DNA of 64,000 nt, taken from Hyalangium minutum. Lineage in GTDB: Bacteria > Myxococcota > Myxococcia > Myxococcales > Myxococcaceae. Of this stretch, positions 9,538-18,400 are shown piece after piece. Location: assembly GCF_000737315.1 (NCBI RefSeq), contig NZ_JMCB01000004.1, positions 310,001-374,000 of the forward strand. Direction: 5' to 3'. The notes beneath the pieces were generated by a model. It saw only the letters and a program-made list of their open reading frames with translations, did not search any database and was not told the DNA's origin. Numbering within the stretch: the first letter of the stretch is position 1; every line of letters begins with the position of its first letter. The translations under genes and the position numbers were made by a program.

Positions 9538-10656
9538 TCAGGCCGCGAGCTTGTTGCTCACGTGCTGGTGCACCACGCGGTGCGTCGAGGACAGCCAGAG
9601 CAGCGGAAAGCCAATCTCCGGGTACTGCGAGATCATCTCCCGGAGGTAGCGGTACATGCTGATGAGCAGCGCCATCGCCATCACCCCCAGCAGCCCGTGG
9701 CGAAGCGCGGGCTGGAGCGTTTCGGGCAACAGCGAGAGGGGGAGCACCAGGAGGAACAGCACGGACTCGGCTGTCAGCCACGCCGGAGGCTTGTTGACGA
9801 GCTGGCGCGCATGCACGCCTACCGCGAGGCTGCCCATGGCGAGAGCGACGAGGGCCCGGGCGGAGAAGACGTCGCTCCAGCCGCGGAGCCAGAGCAGGTA
9901 GAGGCCGAGGATGAGCGCCGGCGCCAGGAGGATGCGCACGTAGAAGCGCAGCGAGGAGAGCGGCGAGCGGGACATAAGCGCGAGGTCCTGCACCAGCGAC
10001 CAGAAGCCAGCGCCAAAGGCCACGACGCTCAGGAGCGAGTAGGTGAGCTGGAACCCCGGCTCCTCGAGAATCGACACGCCGAAAAGGCAGACGGACAACC
10101 CGAGGAACAAACAGAAGACATAGTTCCAGAGGTGGTTGATGTACGGGTCTCGCATGAGGCCCGTCGCGTAGTAGCGGCACAGCCCGAGGTAGAAGAACAG
10201 CTGCCCGGTGGCGGTGAGCAGGACGTAGGGCAGGAAGACAAAACCCTGGCGAGGGCCGAGCTGGGCGACGATCAGCACGGCCATTGCCGAGTTCATGACG
10301 TCGACCCAGTGGTCCCAGAAGTGGCGGGCGGTGGATTGCGTGCCGTTGCGACGGGCCTGGGTGCCATCCATGGCATCCAGACAGAAGTGGAGCACCCGGC
10401 AGAGCACCCAGAGCGCATACATCCACTGGGCCCGCTCGAAGGTGTGGACGGCGGCGAGCAGGAACAGGTGGAGCAGCAACCCAGGAAGGCCGAGGACGAC
10501 CGGGGAGAGCCTGTAGGGGAGATGGCGGACGGCGAAGCTCCGGCATCTCTCCCGGACAAACCGGATGAGGGCATCCTCTTCCGGGCGCTTGTAGCTCTGT
10601 TGCGAATCGAGGACCAACACATGGGGCTCCAGCGCCCGTGCCTGCTGCTTGCTCAT
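9538..10656 (-). CDS. CDP-alcohol phosphatidyltransferase, CEPT/EPT-like multi-pass membrane protein
   Basis: DAMDGTQARRNGTQSTARHFWDHWVD matches DxxDGxxAR...DxxxD (consensus G replaced by R); about 9-10 hydrophobic segments. Confidence 0.8.
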   Translation of the reverse strand: MSKQQARALEPHVLVLDSQQSYKRPEEDALIRFVRERCRSFAVRHLPYRLSPVVLGLPGLLLHLFLLAAVHTFERAQWMYALWVLCRVLHFCLDAMDGTQARRNGTQSTARHFWDHWVDVMNSAMAVLIVAQLGPRQGFVFLPYVLLTATGQLFFYLGLCRYYATGLMRDPYINHLWNYVFCLFLGLSVCLFGVSILEEPGFQLTYSLLSVVAFGAGFWSLVQDLALMSRSPLSSLRFYVRILLAPALILGLYLLWLRGWSDVFSARALVALAMGSLAVGVHARQLVNKPPAWLTAESVLFLLVLPLSLLPETLQPALRHGLLGVMAMALLISMYRYLREMISQYPEIGFPLLWLSSTHRVVHQHVSNKLAA

Positions 10657-10792
10657 TGCCTGTGTCCGTTCACGCCGGGCGGGTGTCGTTGCCCGGGGCG
10701 AGACGAACCATGCAAGGGATTGGGGCTGGGAGCGGTGAACTGCCTCACACGAGGGATGTGGGCTGCGTCACACCCCTCGGTGGGGGTTCAAA

Positions 10793-11287
10793 TCACGGAG
10801 TGCAATTCTCGACATGCACTTCGAGGATGGCTCCCTGGATGTTGTAGTACGAGTCCCAGGCCAGGTATTGCACATAATAGATACCTTCGACGGCATCGTC
10901 CGGCCCCGGGCCAAAGTCATCCGAATCGCCGCTGCCCGGAGCCCCATCCTGATCGTCATCGCCGGTGTTGTACCGGTGCACTTCCAGCGGTTGACCACAC
11001 GCGTCCGTGGCGGTGACCTCGGGCGGCTCCCAGGTATCCACACCACACTGCAGTTTAATGACCGCGTCGCTCAGGCTGAGCGTGGGCGCCCCGCCATTCT
11101 GGGCGGCCGTGCACGGCTCCTCGCCGAGGGACTGGCTCGAAGTCTGCTTCGGCTGGGAATTGGAGAGGAGGGTTTCCTCATCCGTGGGCTGCTGCCCACA
11201 AGCGCTGACAGAGACGGCAAGGACTGTCAGCGTTCCGAGGATGAGGGAGCGGCGCCACGGTTGAGAATCGAGAGGGAAAAGACTCAT
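10793..11287 (-). CDS. Putative lipoprotein with acidic Ig-like (HYR-like) domain
   Basis: Start ATG 11287 with GGAGG RBS; lipobox VSAC; 'TATDACG...Y.V.Y.AWD' Ig-like pattern and Asp/Gly-rich loop DDDQDGAPGSGDSDD. Confidence 0.65.
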   Translation of the reverse strand: MSLFPLDSQPWRRSLILGTLTVLAVSVSACGQQPTDEETLLSNSQPKQTSSQSLGEEPCTAAQNGGAPTLSLSDAVIKLQCGVDTWEPPEVTATDACGQPLEVHRYNTGDDDQDGAPGSGDSDDFGPGPDDAVEGIYYVQYLAWDSYYNIQGAILEVHVENCTP

Positions 11288-11488
11288 CGGCGATGCCTCC
11301 AGTGCGGGTATGTACAACATCACTGAGAGTATCAGAACCAAGACATGAATTGTCGTTGTGAATGCCTTTGGGCTCTCTTTTTTTTATTCTTGCGCCGCTG
11401 AAAAATGGAGAGGAATTGGAGTGAAGCTTGCTGGCTGTGCGCAGGCTGTGCGCCTGGGCAGGAATTCTTTCGCGGAAACAGAGAGCCC

Positions 11489-13243
11489 TCAGGCGGCCTC
11501 GTTCTCGGCCAGCAACGCGGCAAAGGGGGAGGGGCCCTCTCCGAGTTCCTTGTAGAGGGCCTCCACCTTCTCCAGCTCCCGCTTGAGCACCTTGTGGTGG
11601 TTGCGATTCTTCAGGAGGTTTTCCCGCCCCAGCGCTCGGAATGCCTCCTCGCGGCCCATCTGCTGCACCGCCTGCCCCAGTACGATGCCCACCAGCGCCT
11701 CGGTCAGCCCCAGGTCCAGCGGCGTGCCTCGGCGCTTCGCCTCCGCGATGAACGCCTGGGCGGCCGCGATCAAGGCCGTAGGTATCGAGGCCGCCGCCTT
11801 GCTCTCGGCCTGGCCCGTGGCGCCCTCGTACTCCAGCGCCCGCGAGACATGGCCCGAGGAAAGCGTCAGCTCCGCCGAGGGCCCGTGCTCCACCAGCGCC
11901 AGCGTGTAGGCCCGGCGGATGATGTTGTCCAACTGCCGCAGGTTCCCCGGCCACGCACGGCCGCTCAGCACCTGCTCCGCTTCGGGCGACAGCTGCGCCT
12001 GCCCCTGCGGGAACTGCTCCTTGTGCCGCCGTGTCACCATGTAGTGGGCCCACAGCGGGATTTCGTCTTGGCGCTCGTCCAGCGAGGGCACCCGCAGCGG
12101 CAGCACGTTGATGCGGTAGTACAGGTCCTCGCGGAACCGGCCCGCGCGTACCGCCTCGCGCAGATCCACGTTCGTGCCGATGATGAACCGCACGTCCGCG
12201 CCCCGGTCTCCCGCCCCGTCTCCCAGCACCCGGTACGAGCGCTCCTCCAGCACCCGCAGCAGGCCCGCCTGCGCCTTGAGCGACAGCTTGTCGATCTCGT
12301 CGATGAAGAGTGTGCCGCCCTCCGCTCGGCCGATGCTCCCCAGGCTGTCCTTCACCGCGCCCGTGAACGCGCCCTTCTTCCAGCCAAAGAGCTCCGCCAT
12401 CTGCAGCTCTTCGGGCACTGCGAGCAGCTCCAGCACCTCGAAGGGGCCCTTGCGCCGGCTCGAGCGCGAGTGCACCCACCGCGCCAGCCGCGACTTGCCC
12501 GCTCCCGTCGGCCCGCTGATCAGCACGCTCTCCTCCTGCTGCGAGAAGACGTTCAGGATGGGCAGCAGGTTCGCCATCGACTTGCCCACCACGGGCAGGT
12601 ACTCGTCCACCTCCGCGTGGGGCGCTGGCCGGAACGGCAGGCCCGTGAGGTACGGTGCCGCCACCTCCGCGATCGTCTGCAGCCGATCGATGCACTCGCG
12701 CCAGATGAAGTCCTGGCCCATCGCCGTGGGGCTGTCCGCCTCCAGTGAGATCATCCCCCCAATCCCCGCGCCCAGCGCCCGCAGGGGGATGACGCACACG
12801 TGCGAGGCCTGCCGGCTCAGGAAACTCTGGCGGCTCTCCTGACTGGTGAAGCTGCCGGGCAGCGGCTCCTCGGCCTTGTCCGGCAACTGCGGCAGGTACG
12901 GCTTCAGCGCCCCCAGCGTGACGTCCACGAAGACGGGGCTTCCGTGCTGCACCACCGAGCGCCACGCCGTGGCTGACACCAGGCTCGGCGCGCCGCGCTG
13001 GCCCGTGCTCCCTGCCGACTGCACCGCCGTGGCGCCTTGCTCGAGGATGGCCAGCTTCACGTAGCCCCCTGCGGGCCGTAGGTGAACCATGCTCCGCAGC
13101 ACCTTGGCGCGCCCGGCGTACTTGCTGGCGGCGATCGTCCGCTCGGTCAGGCCCATCATGGCCGACAGGGTCCGCGCGGCTGCATCCTCGAAGTCTCCCG
13201 ACTTCGACAGCGCCACCACCAGCGAGGACAGATCGTCTTGCAT
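11489..13243 (-). CDS. Sigma54-dependent enhancer-binding protein with GAF-like N-terminus
   Basis: True start MQDDLSS at 13243 (the ORF-track 5' extension is a shadow of the patatin gene); GPTGAGKS, ELFGWKKGAFTGA, FIDEID, FREDLYYR, WPGNLRQL. Confidence 0.9.
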   Translation of the reverse strand: MQDDLSSLVVALSKSGDFEDAAARTLSAMMGLTERTIAASKYAGRAKVLRSMVHLRPAGGYVKLAILEQGATAVQSAGSTGQRGAPSLVSATAWRSVVQHGSPVFVDVTLGALKPYLPQLPDKAEEPLPGSFTSQESRQSFLSRQASHVCVIPLRALGAGIGGMISLEADSPTAMGQDFIWRECIDRLQTIAEVAAPYLTGLPFRPAPHAEVDEYLPVVGKSMANLLPILNVFSQQEESVLISGPTGAGKSRLARWVHSRSSRRKGPFEVLELLAVPEELQMAELFGWKKGAFTGAVKDSLGSIGRAEGGTLFIDEIDKLSLKAQAGLLRVLEERSYRVLGDGAGDRGADVRFIIGTNVDLREAVRAGRFREDLYYRINVLPLRVPSLDERQDEIPLWAHYMVTRRHKEQFPQGQAQLSPEAEQVLSGRAWPGNLRQLDNIIRRAYTLALVEHGPSAELTLSSGHVSRALEYEGATGQAESKAAASIPTALIAAAQAFIAEAKRRGTPLDLGLTEALVGIVLGQAVQQMGREEAFRALGRENLLKNRNHHKVLKRELEKVEALYKELGEGPSPFAALLAENEAA

Positions 13244-13411
13244 GCAGTCACCCAAGTCCTTGAATTCCGGCGCGCGAACCAGCGGCCAGCCAGGCGCGGC
13301 ACCGGCGCATCCTCTCAGAGGCCGTGGCTCCCGTGAAAGCCTCGACGGGCTTGCTCGCCGTGCGTGCAGCCGCGCCCGCACCTGCGGCATCGTAGTAAAG
13401 GAAGGAGGCGC

Positions 13412-15871
13412 ATGACGAGCGAGCACAAGAAGGCAGAGACCCTGGGTGGAAAGGGAGAGGGCCTCCCTCCGCTGCACTACAAGGCGCTGAGCCAGTGGCT
13501 CGAGGCCCACCCGGATCTGGTGCGTCAGCACTTCGTGGCGAAGACGTTCCCGCGGGAGACGCGCGTCTTTCCGTCGGAGGCACTGCAGTCCGCGGGACTG
13601 CCGAGGCTCGCGATCCTGCTCTCGGGGGAACTGGCTCTGACGCAGCTCGCTCCGGGCGCTCTGGCGCCGCACAAGGCGCTCTACCGCGGCGATCTGTGGG
13701 TCAACCCCAACAAGCCCGGCGCCAAGCCCCGCGAGCCCATCGTGGCCATCCATCTCCAGGCCGTGGCCACGAGCGAGGCCTTGCTCTTGACCGAGCAAGG
13801 GCTGCGCTCGATGCCCGAGCAGGATGCGAGAGAACTGGAGAAGCTCCTTGATGCCTACGCGGGGCTGCACTCGACCCGCGCCACCTTCTTCCAGGCAATT
13901 CGGAAGACGCTCCAGTTCAGCAGGGCCGCCGTGCGGCACCTCCATGCGCTGCTCGACACGGTGGATGTGCGCACCTACGAGAAGGGGAGCGCCAGCGGAG
14001 ACATCGTCGTCCCGCAGGGCAGCACCGACGAGGCGCACAAGGGCATCTTCCTGGTGCTGGAGGGACAGCTCGGCGAGTGGCGGGATCCACAGAGTTCCGA
14101 GACGCAGCCCGTGCTCATTCGCCCGCTCTACGAGGGGAGCATCTTCGGGGACGCAGTGCTGCACAGCGACGCGCCTCCACCGGCCACGGTGAAGCTCCAC
14201 TCGGACAAGGCGCGCGTGGCCTTCCTGCCGGAGCTGAACAGCCTGAAGCTCATCCAGCGCTCGCAGTTGTTCGCCAGCTCCGTGGGCTCCGCGCCGGGTG
14301 AGATCTGGCAGCGCATCGCACAAGTGGGCTCCGCGCTGGCGCCTCCTCCCGAGGTGGTGCTGTTCCGCTGCGATGCGCCAGACATCCCGTTGCCGATGCT
14401 GATCCAGGGCGTGGCCGAGGCCACCCACCTGAGCTACGAGGATCGCATCCTCCGAGTGGAGCTCTTCCACTCCGCGCAGTCTCAGGGAACGGTGCCCGAG
14501 GAGCCGCCGGAGCCGCGCCCCGGAGAAGTTCCGGTCTACCGGCTTGGGGCGCATGACGGACCCGCCGCAAGCCGGGCGCTCCACGCGTTGGCGTTGGCGC
14601 TCCAGGGGCGTTGGGACTACCTGTTCGTCCACGTGGATCCGCGGCTGTGGCATGGGCTCACGCCTCCCCTGGGGAGCGCCCGGGGCTTCCGGCCGTTCTT
14701 CCTGGCGGGGGAGGACGTCTGGAAGGTGGTTACGGTCTCGCGGGATCCGCTCGCGGTTCCGCCACCGCCCGGCTTCGACAACGGCTCCGTGCTCTGCGCG
14801 GCGCTGCTGCCCCCTGGGACAGAGCGCGAGCCGGGCCCCGCGTTTCCGGCTGGGACGGTGCGTCTCCCGCTGAACCTCCGGAACTTCTCCAGCCACCGGA
14901 CCTTCTCCCAGTGCTCCTCGGCCGAGCAGGAGCTGTTCCGGCGCTGGGGCCGCGCCATCACCGAGCGGCTCGTGGGCATCGCGCTGGGAGCGGGCGGCTC
15001 GTGGGGCTACGCCGAGATCGCCCTCATTCGCGGAATGCAGGAGCGGAAGATCCCCATCGACGCCGTCAGCGGGACGAGCTTCGGGGCCATGACAGGGGCG
15101 TTCTACAGCGCGTTCGGCGACGCGGGCCTGGACCTGCTGCTGAAGGAGGGCCACAAGTTCAACGCGGTCATCCTCGCCAGCATCATCAACTCGGGCGCCA
15201 TCACGCTGTTCATCGATCACCTGCTCGGGCGCCAGCGGCTGGAGAAGGTCCCGCTGCCCTTCTTCCCCGTGGGGACGAATGTCTCCGAGTCCCAGGCGTG
15301 GGTCCTCCAGAAGGGGACCCTGGGCGCAGCGGTGCGCTCCAGCGGCATCATGCCGGGGCTGCTCTCGCCGGACTTCACCGATAACTACAGCCGCGTCGTG
15401 GATGGCGCCTTCATCAACAGCGTGCCGGTGAGCATCCTGATGAGCCAGCGCGCCAACCTGATCGTGGGCACCAACGTGCTGTCGACGCCTCCGGATCAGA
15501 AGGAGCAAGGACCGCTGCTGCCCGGCGCCCTGGGGTGGTTCCTGCACGGGCTCAACCCGGTGGGGCGCATCTCCGACGCGGTGCGCTCCACGCTGATCCT
15601 GTTCCACACGGGAGGCGAGCAGGCCGGCTCGGGGGCGGATGTGACGTTCGACAGCCCATTCTCGCCGCTGCCGCCTTGGGCCTTCGCACAGGGACAGGCC
15701 GTCGTGGACCGGGCGGCCGCCGTCCTCGGACCGACGCTCGATGACATCGAGATGCGGTGGAAGATCATGGCCACGCCGCGGTGGGATCTGCCGTCGAAGC
15801 TGCGCCTCTTGAAGGAGGCCGGCGAGCTGGGGCCGCTGGAGGGCCTGCTGGCGTCGAGGATGCTGGCGTGA
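13412..15871 (+). CDS. Cyclic-nucleotide-binding-domain patatin-like phospholipase (NTE/RssA-like)
   Basis: ATG 13412 after GAAGGAGG; cNMP-like repeats (IFLVLEGQL...FGDAVL); patatin motifs GAGGSWG, GTSFG, VDGA. Confidence 0.8.
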   Translation: MTSEHKKAETLGGKGEGLPPLHYKALSQWLEAHPDLVRQHFVAKTFPRETRVFPSEALQSAGLPRLAILLSGELALTQLAPGALAPHKALYRGDLWVNPNKPGAKPREPIVAIHLQAVATSEALLLTEQGLRSMPEQDARELEKLLDAYAGLHSTRATFFQAIRKTLQFSRAAVRHLHALLDTVDVRTYEKGSASGDIVVPQGSTDEAHKGIFLVLEGQLGEWRDPQSSETQPVLIRPLYEGSIFGDAVLHSDAPPPATVKLHSDKARVAFLPELNSLKLIQRSQLFASSVGSAPGEIWQRIAQVGSALAPPPEVVLFRCDAPDIPLPMLIQGVAEATHLSYEDRILRVELFHSAQSQGTVPEEPPEPRPGEVPVYRLGAHDGPAASRALHALALALQGRWDYLFVHVDPRLWHGLTPPLGSARGFRPFFLAGEDVWKVVTVSRDPLAVPPPPGFDNGSVLCAALLPPGTEREPGPAFPAGTVRLPLNLRNFSSHRTFSQCSSAEQELFRRWGRAITERLVGIALGAGGSWGYAEIALIRGMQERKIPIDAVSGTSFGAMTGAFYSAFGDAGLDLLLKEGHKFNAVILASIINSGAITLFIDHLLGRQRLEKVPLPFFPVGTNVSESQAWVLQKGTLGAAVRSSGIMPGLLSPDFTDNYSRVVDGAFINSVPVSILMSQRANLIVGTNVLSTPPDQKEQGPLLPGALGWFLHGLNPVGRISDAVRSTLILFHTGGEQAGSGADVTFDSPFSPLPPWAFAQGQAVVDRAAAVLGPTLDDIEMRWKIMATPRWDLPSKLRLLKEAGELGPLEGLLASRMLA

Positions 15872-16836
15872 TCCCTGTTCGCATCCTGGGCACCTCGGGG
15901 CTGCTGCCGGGACGGGCCGTCTCCACCGAGGAGGTGGCGCGGCAGCTCGGCAGGGATCCCGCCAAGATTGAAGCGCGCACGGGCATCCGGACTCGCTACT
16001 GGGTGGAGCCTGGTACCCGGATGACGGACCTCGGCGTGGAGGCGCTCCGGCGCGCGCTCGATGCCGCGAAGATGGCGCCCTCGGATCTGAGCCGCATCAT
16101 CTTCGTCTCTTCCTCCGGTGGGGATGCGATCACCCCCGCCACGGCGAGCATGATCTCCGGGGCGCTGGGGCTCGCGGGCTCGTGCGACGCGTTCGACCTC
16201 AACAACGCCTGCATGGGTTTTCTCTCCGCCTTCGATATTGCTGCCCGCTCCATTGCGACTGGGATGGGGCCGGTGGGGATCGTTGTCGTCGAGTGCATCT
16301 CCCGCGCGCTCGATCCCAGCCATCCCCGGCCGTACCTCGTCTTTGGAGATGCGGCGGCCGCCGCGGTGCTCGGGCCCGCGCGAGAGGGCGAGGGTGTGCT
16401 GAGCGTGGCGCTCGCCAACAACGGCACGCTGCCTCCGGACACCGTCTGTGCTCAGCCTCTGTTCACCGGCAAGGTGGAGCGGGTCCAGTTCGTCGTCTCC
16501 AAGGAGGAGATCCTCGAGATCGCGCTGAACGCTCTGGGCACGGCGACGAACACGGTGCTCCAGAAAGCCGGGGTGGAGCTGGGCGACATCCAGTGGGTGC
16601 TGCCTCATCAGCCCAATGGCGCGCTGCTCGACGCGATCATCGACAGGCTCGGGTTGGATCGAACGCGGCTCATCCCCATGGTTCAGGATGTGGGTAGCGT
16701 GGCAGCGGTGTCGATCCCTTACAGCCTCGATCTGCTGATGCGGACCGGCAAGGTGCGCCCCGGAGATCGGATCCTGATGGTCGGCGTGGGGGCGGGTGTC
16801 TCTTACGGTGCGCTTCTCTATCAGGTGGGCGGATGA
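15868..16836 (+). CDS. 3-oxoacyl-ACP synthase III family protein (Cys-His-Ser variant)
   Basis: GTG 15868 coupled to the patatin stop; NNACMGF, HQPNG, G(S)VAAVSIP where canonical enzymes have GNTSAAS. Confidence 0.85.
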   Translation: MIPVRILGTSGLLPGRAVSTEEVARQLGRDPAKIEARTGIRTRYWVEPGTRMTDLGVEALRRALDAAKMAPSDLSRIIFVSSSGGDAITPATASMISGALGLAGSCDAFDLNNACMGFLSAFDIAARSIATGMGPVGIVVVECISRALDPSHPRPYLVFGDAAAAAVLGPAREGEGVLSVALANNGTLPPDTVCAQPLFTGKVERVQFVVSKEEILEIALNALGTATNTVLQKAGVELGDIQWVLPHQPNGALLDAIIDRLGLDRTRLIPMVQDVGSVAAVSIPYSLDLLMRTGKVRPGDRILMVGVGAGVSYGALLYQVGG

Positions 16837-17585
16837 GCCGAGCGGGGGGCGTTCCTCTCGCCACGTGGCTGGCGGCGTTCCGGATGCTGCGCCTCTGGCA
16901 TCGCTACGAGGTGCAGGGCCTGGAGCGTCTGCTGCACCCAGGAGCGAAGCTGATCGTCGCGTACCACGGCCGGCCGCTGGCGCTCGATCAGTGCATGCTC
17001 ACCGTCACCCTCTACGAGCAGCTGGGCTATCTGCCCCATGGCATCATCCACGGCTACTTCGGCCAGAACCGGCTGCTGCGGTATGTGATCGACGGCCTGG
17101 GGTTCGTCACCGGAGATGGGCCCGAGATCGTTGACGCCGTGGCGCGGGGCGAGCACGTCCTCGTCCAGCCCGGCGGGACGCGCGAGGGATGCCGCAGCTT
17201 CCGCCACCGCTACCGGGTGGACTGGGGTGACCGGCTCGGGTACCTGCGCATGGCCATCCGGCATGGCCTGCCCATCGTCCCCGTGGCCGGTAACGGCGTG
17301 GATGACACCTATCTGGGACTCAACAACGGCTACAAGCTTGGGCGCAGGCTCGGTGTGCCCGCGGGTCTTCCGGTGTGGCTGGGGCTGGGCCTCACGGGTG
17401 TGTGGCCGCTCTCGCTGTCGTTCCCAGTGAAGGTGACACAGCTCGTTGGCGAGCCGATCGAGCGGCACCTCAGGGGGAAGATCGATCCGGCGGACAAGGC
17501 CGCGTTGATGGAGCTGCACCAAGAGGTTCGCGGCGCCGTCCAGGTGCTCATGGATCGGGCGCGAGGCCAGAAGGAGTCGCGATGA
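16833..17585 (+). CDS. Lysophospholipid/diacylglycerol acyltransferase family protein
   Basis: YHGRPLALD and QPGGTREG motifs, 'GYLRMAIRHGLPIVPVA'. Confidence 0.8.
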   Translation: MSRAGGVPLATWLAAFRMLRLWHRYEVQGLERLLHPGAKLIVAYHGRPLALDQCMLTVTLYEQLGYLPHGIIHGYFGQNRLLRYVIDGLGFVTGDGPEIVDAVARGEHVLVQPGGTREGCRSFRHRYRVDWGDRLGYLRMAIRHGLPIVPVAGNGVDDTYLGLNNGYKLGRRLGVPAGLPVWLGLGLTGVWPLSLSFPVKVTQLVGEPIERHLRGKIDPADKAALMELHQEVRGAVQVLMDRARGQKESR

Positions 17586-18397
17586 GTACGGGGCAGTGGG
17601 CAGTCGTCCTGGGGGCCTCGTCAGGGACGGGGGCCGCCATCGCCCTGGAGGTGGCTCGCTCCCGGGAGTTCAACGTGTTCGGCGTGCACCGAGGGCGTTA
17701 CCTGGAGCAGGCTCAGCGGGTGGAGCAGGATGTGGCCGCCACCGGCCGGCGCATCGTCATGCACCGGGGGGATGCCGCGATCCCCGAGGGTGTGGCTCAG
17801 GGCGCCGACGCCTTGCTGGCGGCGGCAGGGCCGAGGAGCGTGAAGCTGTTCGTCCACTCGCTGGCCAGCGGCTCGGTGGGGCACTTCGTCTCGGGCGGGG
17901 AGGAGCAGTTCCACCCCAAGCAGGTGGAGCGCACCTTCAACGCGATGGCCCACTCGTTCCTCTATTGGATCCAGGCGCTCGTGGCGCGGGATCTGCTCGC
18001 GCCCCAGGCGAGGCTGCTCGGGCTGACCAACCCGCTCACCGAGTCGCTCCTCCACAACACGGGCCTCATCACCGCCGCCAAGGCCGCGCTGGAGATCTAC
18101 GTGCGGCACCTGGCGCTCGAGCTGGGGCCGAAGGGCCACCGGGTGAACCTGCTCAAGTTCGGCACGGTGATGACGCCCGCGCTCCAGCACGTCTACTCGC
18201 CCGAGGCCCTGGCGAAGCTGGAGGCTGCTCACGCTCGGATGAATCCCTCCGGCCGGATGTGCACGGTCGAGGAGGTGGCCCGCTTCGTCTCCGTGCTCGT
18301 GGGCGAGGATGTGGACTGGTTCAACGGCGCCACCATCGACTTCACCGGCGGCATGACGCTGCGGCTGCTCGATCTCGTGCTCAACGCGCCGCGCTGA
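17582..18397 (+). CDS. Enoyl-ACP-reductase-like SDR (FabL/FabI-like), canonical catalytic Tyr absent
   Basis: ATG 17582; GASSGTG, AAKAALE, GHRVNLL, FNGATIDFTGG. Confidence 0.75.
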   Translation: MSTGQWAVVLGASSGTGAAIALEVARSREFNVFGVHRGRYLEQAQRVEQDVAATGRRIVMHRGDAAIPEGVAQGADALLAAAGPRSVKLFVHSLASGSVGHFVSGGEEQFHPKQVERTFNAMAHSFLYWIQALVARDLLAPQARLLGLTNPLTESLLHNTGLITAAKAALEIYVRHLALELGPKGHRVNLLKFGTVMTPALQHVYSPEALAKLEAAHARMNPSGRMCTVEEVARFVSVLVGEDVDWFNGATIDFTGGMTLRLLDLVLNAPR

Positions 18398-18400
18398 GCC

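Noticed and set aside
13325-13340. TGGCTCCCGTGAAAGC as a sigma54 promoter for the patatin operon
   Set aside because: Spacing is off by one and the -12 box is poor.
13244-15607. 788-aa N-terminal extension of the 1372-aa minus-strand ORF
   Set aside because: Antisense shadow of the patatin gene; the activator's plausible start is ATG 13243.
13412-15871. Patatin as a CBASS/antiphage effector
   Set aside because: No CD-NTase or other defence gene nearby; neighbours are lipid enzymes.
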